A DNA stretch of 25,588 nucleotides from a virus (taxonomy: Duplodnaviria > Caudoviricetes), in IMG/VR virus record IMGVR_UViG_3300028585_000061, positions 1 to 25,588 of that record. One strand, given 5' to 3'. The notes under the pieces are model-generated. The model saw nothing but the letters and a program-made list of their open reading frames with translations. It did no database searches and had not been told where the DNA came from. Shown here piece after piece: positions 16,702 to 25,588 of this stretch. How positions within the stretch are numbered: position 1 is the first letter of the stretch; every line of letters begins with the position of its first letter. The translations under genes were made by a program, and so were the position numbers.

Positions 16702-18208
16702 TGGGTTCACTTACCTCGTGGAGTTCGTAGCCGAGATCAGCAAAGATCTCTTCAACGGTACGGAACGGGTTAACGATTAATGGAAGTTCCCACACCTTAC
16801 GTAGAGGAACGCCTTTGATACGAGTCAGTGTACGACGCCAGCCGGCCGGTTTGACGGCAAGGCCTGTGTCATGGCGAGCACCTTCGAACGGGAGGTGTCC
16901 GTAACGGTCGACAAAGACAATGTCTTGCAACAACTTATAGTAGCCACGGAAACCATCGATTGATGGCACTTTGAGATTACCATCATTTTTAGCGGCCTGA
17001 TCGAAATCAACAATCTGATCCATGTACGCACTGATAGGCATCCAGGATACTGCGGCTTCATGCAGACTATCGACTGGTTCGAAGAGATATGCCTGACGCA
17101 CCGAGTTAAGTGGCAAGCCACCTGCCAGTCCCTGATGCTCGTCTTTGCTCACTCTGGCATAAGGAACAACCGTCATATAGTACTGCGCGTCTTCTAATAC
17201 GGTCTTAAGTGTTTTCTCGTCAAGACCTTCGTTAAAGAGACGGTTGATGATGTTTTTATCCAGATCAAGGAAGTAACCTGAACGCATTACTGCTATACCT
17301 GGCCCGCGAATATAATTGCGACCGATCAGACCGGGGTTACGGGTTACTGACGCCGAGATAACCGCCTTCAATACAGATGGAATAGTCCATTTTGAAGTCA
17401 GCTCAGACACCAGTCGTTTTTCAGGCGTGGTGTCGCGATAGTTATACCCATCGTCGAGATCATCGGCATCGGAGCGAAGATCAGGTCCATCAAGCTGTTT
17501 ACGTAGCTCGGTGACCATCTCATCGTAGGCACCGCCATGCGTACCGTGCCAGTAGCGATAATGCAGTTGATAACCCTTACTGCCATCGTCGGCATATTTA
17601 GGGTTAGCATTGATCTTTTCCAACACACCGATGATCTCATCAAACTCACGATAGAGTTCAGTTGAGTATTCATCGGTCAAGCGCGGTTCGTTTATCAAAA
17701 TCTGCAGGCCGGATGGATGTACCCGCGATGCAGTTTCTACTATCTGCTGTAACGTATCAAAACGTTGCATCCCGCCATCCCACGGCGCCTCTTTCGGCGT
17801 GATGTAGTTGGAGTAGTGTCGCCAAAGCATCTCATTACCGCTACAACGCAACAGTTCCGAAATAACCCGCTCACTGATATCTTTACGATTAGCAAAACCG
17901 GCATGAAAATCATTATTAAGTGCCTGTACATCCAGTTCACTAAAATGATCGCGGTTTACCGGTAATGAGAACTGCATGAACAGACAGTGGCGAGCACGGC
18001 GCGCTTCGTGGTTACCGCGTGTCATGTTGTGTTTATAAGTGATCCCGCTAAAGAACGACTCGAACTGATACTCGTCGAGCTTACCTGTAACAGCCAAGTC
18101 AGTCAGCTCTTTGACTTTCTTTTGTGTATCAACCCAATTCTTAGCGTGCCAGTTAAGCTCTGATTGCAAAACGGCAATCAAAGTCGTTATTGTAAAATTA
18201 CCAGTCAT
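16652..18208 (-). CDS. Hypothetical protein, 518 aa, first gene of the putative early cassette
   Basis: Long ORF with AAGGA SD, directly downstream of the early-promoter-like motif. No family recognised. Confidence 0.8.
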   Translation of the reverse strand: MTGNFTITTLIAVLQSELNWHAKNWVDTQKKVKELTDLAVTGKLDEYQFESFFSGITYKHNMTRGNHEARRARHCLFMQFSLPVNRDHFSELDVQALNNDFHAGFANRKDISERVISELLRCSGNEMLWRHYSNYITPKEAPWDGGMQRFDTLQQIVETASRVHPSGLQILINEPRLTDEYSTELYREFDEIIGVLEKINANPKYADDGSKGYQLHYRYWHGTHGGAYDEMVTELRKQLDGPDLRSDADDLDDGYNYRDTTPEKRLVSELTSKWTIPSVLKAVISASVTRNPGLIGRNYIRGPGIAVMRSGYFLDLDKNIINRLFNEGLDEKTLKTVLEDAQYYMTVVPYARVSKDEHQGLAGGLPLNSVRQAYLFEPVDSLHEAAVSWMPISAYMDQIVDFDQAAKNDGNLKVPSIDGFRGYYKLLQDIVFVDRYGHLPFEGARHDTGLAVKPAGWRRTLTRIKGVPLRKVWELPLIVNPFRTVEEIFADLGYELHEVSEPNAKPEAPVRKPGSKRK

Positions 18209-18244
18209 CTATAAGGTCCTTATAATTACTGTTTATTCGACTCA

Positions 18245-18263
18245 ATAATGTAGGTTTGAAATT
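18245..18263 (-). promoter_or_regulatory. Putative early promoter AATTTCAAACCTACATTAT
   Basis: Shares AAACCTACATTA with the 9034-9045 region and sits about 36 nt upstream of the accessory cassette. Confidence 0.65.
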
Positions 18264-18271
18264 ATATCCAT

Positions 18272-18305
18272 CCTAGCCTATGAGCCAAAAGCTCATAGGA
18301 CTAGG
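18272..18305 (-). terminator. Hairpin ending the structural operon
   Basis: CCTAG-CCTATGAGC-CAAAA-GCTCATAGG-A-CTAGG, 15 nt after the stop at 18321. No clear U-tract. Confidence 0.65.
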
Positions 18306-18320
18306 CATGAATGTCAGTAA

Positions 18321-19688
18321 TTACAACGAGGTGTTATTCTGCTCATCGGTATTGTCAATGAAGAGAGTTAAAGCCATATCACACAACATCACATCATCCA
18401 TCATGCCATCGCGTGCCATGCGATAATGACACTCTGCCATGATCAATGTACCGTAACGCTGCTCAACACCCGTGTCACGTTGATACAGGTATTTAACCGG
18501 CATGCCAGGTACGATCAGTTCAGGGTTCGCATTCTCCCACGTCACCTGAATCGTCGCGCCATTGTTTGCAGCATTCTTACTCACCATGCGATAACTGTTA
18601 TCAGTGATCTCAGCGGCCATCGGTGCGTAGTTAATGCCATTAGGACGCTGACTGGTGATAAACTCAGAGTTCGATGCCCCACGTTGCAACATCGCTTCCC
18701 CGCCTTTAACCTCCAGTCCCTCGTCCCCGCTGACAGATGATGCTCGCTGTGCACGTACCCCGTTACCCTGGTTATATTGCGCCAGGTTAGATTGGTCACG
18801 CACAGTGGTATCGCCGGTCGCCAGAATACACAATGAATTCCCGCGCACCTCAAAGGTTCTCTCGATACTTGGAAACTTATCCCTAGGTACGTTAACGATG
18901 ATCATGGTCTGTTTCATCAGTTCAAACCGTTTGGTGTTATACAGTGGCCAAACGTACCAGTACTGACGATGATAGAAATACCCGATCCCTGTTTTGTAGA
19001 TTCCGTACTCATGCTGCAGATAACCCGGTAAGTCAACCAGTAACACACGGTGGTTAACCACAATGTGATTCTTGATGATCTCTTTACCATCGGGCGTCAC
19101 CGCATCCGCCGGATACATGTTCATCCCAAGGGGTTTCTCTTCTAATGGCAGTTGTAAGCTTTCAGAGATACCTCCCAGCATGGTGCGGATTAACGACCCC
19201 GGTGATGTGGTTGGATTGATACCACCTGCCGGTATAACGCGCAATTGTTCAATCGCCGAATCCATCAACTGGAATTGATAGAACTGCATTGACGTATCGG
19301 CAATCGCCTTCTGATTGATATCAGCAGAACGTTGCTGGGTCATTTGCGGATCATAACCCGTCTTTGGAAATACCCGCATGGTGTACTTGGTGACATCCGG
19401 TTCACCACCGCCCGGTGGATACGAGGTAATAATGAGGTGCATCTTTAGTCGCTGTACATTAGGGATGATCTGTTGGTTGTACACCCCCTCTGACATTGCG
19501 ACCTCGATGCTGGTCTCCTCGTAATACGTATCCATGTAATCAGAGAAGCGATTAAGACTTCTGACACGAAACACCGAACAGACCGTTGTGTCATAGAAGA
19601 TCTCGGCCCTCATGCGAAACGATGTGCGCCCCGACTTACTGGCGATCGCCATGATTTCGTTATAAAGACTACTCTTCTCTAGATTCAT
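18321..19688 (-). CDS. Virion structural protein, probable baseplate hub/tail protein (phiKZ gp101-like), 455 aa
   Basis: Size, operon position and family-like motifs (YGIYKTGIGYFY, WYVWPLYNTKRF, N-x-GNGVR, WENANPELIVPGMPVKYLY). The hub role is inference. Confidence 0.65.
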   Translation of the reverse strand: MNLEKSSLYNEIMAIASKSGRTSFRMRAEIFYDTTVCSVFRVRSLNRFSDYMDTYYEETSIEVAMSEGVYNQQIIPNVQRLKMHLIITSYPPGGGEPDVTKYTMRVFPKTGYDPQMTQQRSADINQKAIADTSMQFYQFQLMDSAIEQLRVIPAGGINPTTSPGSLIRTMLGGISESLQLPLEEKPLGMNMYPADAVTPDGKEIIKNHIVVNHRVLLVDLPGYLQHEYGIYKTGIGYFYHRQYWYVWPLYNTKRFELMKQTMIIVNVPRDKFPSIERTFEVRGNSLCILATGDTTVRDQSNLAQYNQGNGVRAQRASSVSGDEGLEVKGGEAMLQRGASNSEFITSQRPNGINYAPMAAEITDNSYRMVSKNAANNGATIQVTWENANPELIVPGMPVKYLYQRDTGVEQRYGTLIMAECHYRMARDGMMDDVMLCDMALTLFIDNTDEQNNTSL

Positions 19689-20304
19689 AGTTAGGAATCT
19701 TCTTAACAGCCATACGGTCAGCGAACAGATCCATCAGTGACGTATGTTCTCGGTTGATAACGTTGCCCATCTCGTCGGTCTCTTTCTCGAGGTTGAGCTC
19801 TTCTGGTGCATTGCCAAACGTACGACGACGCAGACGACGAATACGACCAACCATACCTGCTGTATCTTCCGGTTTCTCGTAGTTACGATAGATGGTGTAC
19901 AGTTTGGTTGCTAATCCATCAAGAACTTCAAAGTCCTCTTGGTCCGGCAATGCCAAGTTGGGGAAGCGATCAGAGAGCTCACCGTAATAACGGATATAAT
20001 CCACGATCGCTTTATAAATGACACCAACGTACGTTTCAGGATAGTTGATGTAAAAGTTATACCCTTCCTTTACACAATGGGTCATGCGGTTGATCGTCAT
20101 GTGGACATCAACCATCTGGTTATCGAGTTCTTGGTCAAGCCAGCCAATACCCGATGTCGGAAGCCCTACTTTCTGCAGATAATCGATATCGTAAAGGTCG
20201 CGCTGCTTAATGCGACATTCATACGTGCATTCAAAGATTACCGTCTGCAGACGTTTAATCTCACTTTTAAGAAATTCCGTATTATGGATAATTGGCTGGG
20301 TCAT
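19669..20304 (-). CDS. Conserved hypothetical protein in the structural operon (phiKZ gp100-like by synteny), about 211 aa
   Basis: Start moved to ATG 20304 (AGGTG SD), which removes the overlap with the upstream gene. Confidence 0.7.
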   Translation of the reverse strand: MTQPIIHNTEFLKSEIKRLQTVIFECTYECRIKQRDLYDIDYLQKVGLPTSGIGWLDQELDNQMVDVHMTINRMTHCVKEGYNFYINYPETYVGVIYKAIVDYIRYYGELSDRFPNLALPDQEDFEVLDGLATKLYTIYRNYEKPEDTAGMVGRIRRLRRRTFGNAPEELNLEKETDEMGNVINREHTSLMDLFADRMAVKKIPNYESREE

Positions 20305-20312
20305 GGTAACAC

Positions 20313-21584
20313 CTATAAGCGATAACGTGCAGTGCGGCACAGACACACTAATAAAGGAAATGCGTAGTATTGTACAATTCCGGTTGAGGCGAAATAAACA
20401 TCGATCAGATCAACGACCTTATCAACGTTAATTGGCGCACCCGTGATCAGGTTATACACCTGGCGTTCAAGCTCGGTCATGTCGACCTGACGTTCTGCGT
20501 AGAAGGCCTCACTTAGCACATAGGTCTTGTAAACAGAAACCTCTTTGAACAAACGCGGGTCAATTGGCACCGTAGGTAGGTTGATATCCAGGTTGATCAC
20601 AACACGATCACTGACCGGATACACTACGTTGAAAATACCGGAATAGGCAATGCCGCCATAGAGTGCTGTAGAGCTGCGGAAATATGTTGCGGGAATAACC
20701 TGCATCTGTTTTTGTACATATTTAAACATATGCGGATCTTGGCCGACTAACATATCCCAAATGGTTGTCGGACGCTGATAACCTTTTAAGGCTTCATCAA
20801 ACTGCCACACGCGCTGGCGACGAGGACGCTGTTCATAATCGATCAGCTTATCAATGAAACGCACGTAGTAAGGATCATACGTACTCTTTAACTGACTCGG
20901 GATGGTAAAGGTTTCGTATTCACCATCGTAGAACGTGTTGAAGAAGTGCTCGATTAACGAGAGTTCTAAACCGGTCAGTTTCTCACGGTTAAAGAATTCG
21001 TCTGAGGCAATGATCGGATTCATGCCGGTACGAGCATAATCCAAATCGTAGACGCAGGTTTCGACCACTTTATCATCGAGCAGTTTCTGGATAGCCTGAT
21101 CCCAGAAGTCGGTCATCTCGTAGGTGATTTGATAGGCCGTGTCATTGTAGATAGACATGATCTCGACATCGTTGACGGTAAACAAACCACCACGACCGTC
21201 ACCCACATCGGCAATAAACATATCGCCTTGGTTAGGAATGATCCCTGGCATCAGATACGCGACACCAGTGACTTCCATCTGCCCCTGATCTTTCTCTGGG
21301 TTGTGCTGCAGATCAGTATTGACTTTAAGCACGGTACGACGAATACGACGATACTGCTGCGTGGTATTCTGTTCGTCATGCTGTAACGCCATTGGCTCGC
21401 TGCCAGGGCCCAGGATTTGTTGATAGAAGTCGGCAACCCATGACCGACCACCGACATAGGTCATGAGTGACTTACGCGGTGTGTAGCGTGTATCAATGAC
21501 TTCGTTCAATACATCAGGTGACTTGATCAACGGCGGGATCGCCGTGTTCTCTGGTTTCTTTGAAGGTACCTTTCCGATTGGCAT
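20313..21584 (-). CDS. Virion structural protein, probable neck/head-completion protein (phiKZ gp99-like), 423 aa
   Basis: SLMTYVGGRSW, QQYRRIRRTVLKV and PGIIPNQGDMFIADVGDGRGGLFTV resemble phiKZ-family virion proteins, and P-x-x-GD-x-F recalls head-closure beta-barrels. TAATG coupled to the upstream gene. Confidence 0.65.
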   Translation of the reverse strand: MPIGKVPSKKPENTAIPPLIKSPDVLNEVIDTRYTPRKSLMTYVGGRSWVADFYQQILGPGSEPMALQHDEQNTTQQYRRIRRTVLKVNTDLQHNPEKDQGQMEVTGVAYLMPGIIPNQGDMFIADVGDGRGGLFTVNDVEIMSIYNDTAYQITYEMTDFWDQAIQKLLDDKVVETCVYDLDYARTGMNPIIASDEFFNREKLTGLELSLIEHFFNTFYDGEYETFTIPSQLKSTYDPYYVRFIDKLIDYEQRPRRQRVWQFDEALKGYQRPTTIWDMLVGQDPHMFKYVQKQMQVIPATYFRSSTALYGGIAYSGIFNVVYPVSDRVVINLDINLPTVPIDPRLFKEVSVYKTYVLSEAFYAERQVDMTELERQVYNLITGAPINVDKVVDLIDVYFASTGIVQYYAFPLLVCLCRTARYRL

Positions 21585-23134
21585 TAATCGTCTCTCTTCT
21601 TAGCAAAAATGGTAAACTGACCGATCGTCATCTGCGCAATGTCAGGTTTACGATACCACTGACTGGTCGGGTACAGTGCCGCAACGAAACGATCCCAGGC
21701 AAGGTTTGAGATCTCGCCCCGATCATTAGGTGTTGGCCAAACCGCTGTTCCTTTATACTGCGGATAGATCACCTCAAGCACGTTCTCGGTAAACCACCCA
21801 TCCTCTTTCAATTCCGCTACAGTCCGCTCATCAAGCTTCGCCAGATCTTTATCAAGCGTTACCATGAGGTGATATGACTTACGTTCATTCGGCATAAAGA
21901 CCGTAGTGACGTTAAGTTGATCATCGACTGACAGTTGCTCTGAATCAATGAGAATCTCTTCTTCGTATACTTTCACCTGAATGATGGAACGCGTGTTAGC
22001 AAACATTCGGTTACGGACATACTTCAGATAGGCAATCGCAATCGGCAGGAACTCGTAGTCACCGATCTCTTTAAGGTTAAAGAGTGCTTTCGGGTCAGCA
22101 GGGTCAAGTTCCAACTGTGCCGTGTATTGCACAGCCTGATAAGGCGGAATGTATTCCGGCACCCAGTCATCCCACTCGGGAAAACAAAGGTAATCACGCA
22201 GGTTGTAATCCGTTGGCTGAACTTCCTGCACATTTGATTCTGCCCGGAACATCATCGCATTCTTTTGGTATACCTTATTACGGTAACGGGGATTGCGTGG
22301 TGTCGGGATCAATTCACGGGCCAGCATTTGGTTGTGAATAATGATCGGATAGTTCATGACCAGGTCGATCACTTTACCAAACTCGAACTTGTAGTCAAAA
22401 CTCACCTGCCAGTTACCACGGGTGTTTTCACGCACCGGATAAGGCACAACATCAAAGTCCCAATTACCCTGAACGTTATCCAGACCTTCTGCGAATGAGA
22501 GTTCGTTAGCAGTGCCCGATTGGTTGGTTGTGATAGTTTGATACGGCGCCATACACGACGAGAGCCATTGGGCGAAGTTCTCATTATAAGGAGCACGGGA
22601 TTCACGCAGTTTCCAGAACTCATGAAGCATGACGATCATCTCATCTGGAAGATTGTAATGATAGTCTAACGTGTGGATATAATCCTGCACGTAACGCGCC
22701 ATGAGCTGTTCCATGTTTGAATACCAGCGATCAGCGGCGGCCTTGGAACGGAAACGTTTGTTGAAGTTAACTGTAATTTCAACAGGACGGCGAACAGGGC
22801 GAATACCGATACCTAACCGAGCATCACGCATGATAAATCGGTTCTCAGGATAAAGCACTGCGACTTCGGGTGATGACACTGAAGTAGGGCGCTCTTCTAT
22901 ATTCACCATGATCTGCGTATCACCAGGTGCGCGGATTGGACTGTCTGGATTACGGTTAAGACCAATCTCTGTATTCGAGAGCATGGCAATATCTGAAAAC
23001 CCATTAAAGATAAAATCGTCAGGCTTCTCTTTATTCAATTGCATGATTGGAAGCAACTGGTTGACGACTTGAATAACTACGGGTCGGATAATCGACTTAT
23101 GTTGTTCTGGCGTTGGGCTGGTCACAATGGGCAT
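21584..23134 (-). CDS. Virion structural protein, possible tail-terminator/neck protein (phiKZ gp98-like), 516 aa
   Basis: GAGG SD and first gene of a coupled four-gene operon. PVEITVNFNKRFRSKAAADRW...EQL loosely recalls T4 gp15-type tail terminators. Confidence 0.6.
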   Translation of the reverse strand: MPIVTSPTPEQHKSIIRPVVIQVVNQLLPIMQLNKEKPDDFIFNGFSDIAMLSNTEIGLNRNPDSPIRAPGDTQIMVNIEERPTSVSSPEVAVLYPENRFIMRDARLGIGIRPVRRPVEITVNFNKRFRSKAAADRWYSNMEQLMARYVQDYIHTLDYHYNLPDEMIVMLHEFWKLRESRAPYNENFAQWLSSCMAPYQTITTNQSGTANELSFAEGLDNVQGNWDFDVVPYPVRENTRGNWQVSFDYKFEFGKVIDLVMNYPIIIHNQMLARELIPTPRNPRYRNKVYQKNAMMFRAESNVQEVQPTDYNLRDYLCFPEWDDWVPEYIPPYQAVQYTAQLELDPADPKALFNLKEIGDYEFLPIAIAYLKYVRNRMFANTRSIIQVKVYEEEILIDSEQLSVDDQLNVTTVFMPNERKSYHLMVTLDKDLAKLDERTVAELKEDGWFTENVLEVIYPQYKGTAVWPTPNDRGEISNLAWDRFVAALYPTSQWYRKPDIAQMTIGQFTIFAKKRDD

Positions 23135-23249
23135 GTTAGTTTCCTCAATTACCCGACTCTTAATGTCTATACGATTTCATCATTAGGTAAGTTATGTATA
23201 AAAGAAATTATTATATGATCATCAGAAAAGGCGCTTACGGGAGAAAAGT

Positions 23250-23777
23250 ATGACCATCCTGAATCAGCCATCGGCCCAGATCATTGTTGATCAGATTAAT
23301 CAGGATAACGTATTAACATTCCAGATTGATCAAGTTAACTTTGGTGTCCCTTCACCCGTAACAGGATCCGGTAAACGTGATACCGATATTCCCGTCACGG
23401 CCGTTGTGGGCAAAGGGTACGTGGGGAGTAACATAGTTAACCTGGACCGACTGAAAGGTGAGCTACTGTTTCTCAATTATATTCCAATCCTTGTCGTCGC
23501 AAGTCCCGCATCAACGGCGGATTTATTACCTGCTATTAATGCACGTCATGGTCTTCAGATTACCGCGGCCGAGATTAATGATGTCGCACTCAATGCAGTT
23601 GGATCAGACGGTACCATTACGCAGCTCATCACATTTAAAGATAGCTGTCTGGCATACGAGGGGAGTTTTACTGTCATCGTAAATCCAGGCGTCACCCCAG
23701 AAGAAGGTGTTCTTCTGACTGAGGGTGGCGCGTGGCTGTCTACAGAAGACGGTCAGCCACTGGCTATTGAAGCCTAA
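23250..23777 (+). CDS. Small virion structural protein (jumbo-phage fibre-associated type), 175 aa
   Basis: GGGAG SD. The pattern IN-x-x-N...V-x-FG-x-P...Y-x-G...RL is common in jumbo-phage virion paralogs. Ends in LLTEGGAWLSTEDGQPL. Confidence 0.7.
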   Translation: MTILNQPSAQIIVDQINQDNVLTFQIDQVNFGVPSPVTGSGKRDTDIPVTAVVGKGYVGSNIVNLDRLKGELLFLNYIPILVVASPASTADLLPAINARHGLQITAAEINDVALNAVGSDGTITQLITFKDSCLAYEGSFTVIVNPGVTPEEGVLLTEGGAWLSTEDGQPLAIEA

Positions 23778-23836
23778 AGCAGCACTTGAACAAAAGATAT
23801 ATTAAACAGCAAATCGTTTACTAAAAGAGGTTCGTA

Positions 23837-25588
<1,752 letters not shown>

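Noticed and set aside
17280-17560. YWHGT and GPGI motifs in the 518-aa protein suggesting a PARP-like ADP-ribosyltransferase
   Set aside because: The motifs are about 80 aa apart, much further than in PARP-type folds, and the following aromatic motif is missing. A structure search would be needed.

Overview
This 25.6-kb window is a segment of a phiKZ-related jumbo myophage genome (the nucleus-forming Chimalliviridae-like group). The assignment rests on recalled protein families and gene order, not a database search. It holds the conserved core block: portal (+), a Q/P/M-rich 841-aa protein, a non-virion multisubunit RNA polymerase beta-like subunit (phiKZ gp123-like), a conserved hypothetical, the major capsid protein (phiKZ gp120-like), a small probable head protein and a divergent DnaB-like helicase (phiKZ gp118-like). 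An accessory cassette of small genes follows (TYW3/Taw3-like protein, thymidylate kinase, a small exported protein, hypotheticals). After it come a four-gene neck/tail structural operon, a small virion protein and a collagen-like modular fibre gene running off the right edge. Non-coding signals include a repeated CCTACATTAY early-promoter-like motif, a family of hairpins clamped by GCATA...TATG arms, a structured capsid-gene leader with TATG in a hairpin loop, and a candidate small RNA. Two probable genes are missing from the supplied ORF track (57 aa at 3080-3253 and the fibre from 23837), and several starts are corrected. No tRNA, rRNA, CRISPR array or mobile element was seen. phiKZ gp numbers are from memory of synteny and are least certain for the gp98-101-like block.
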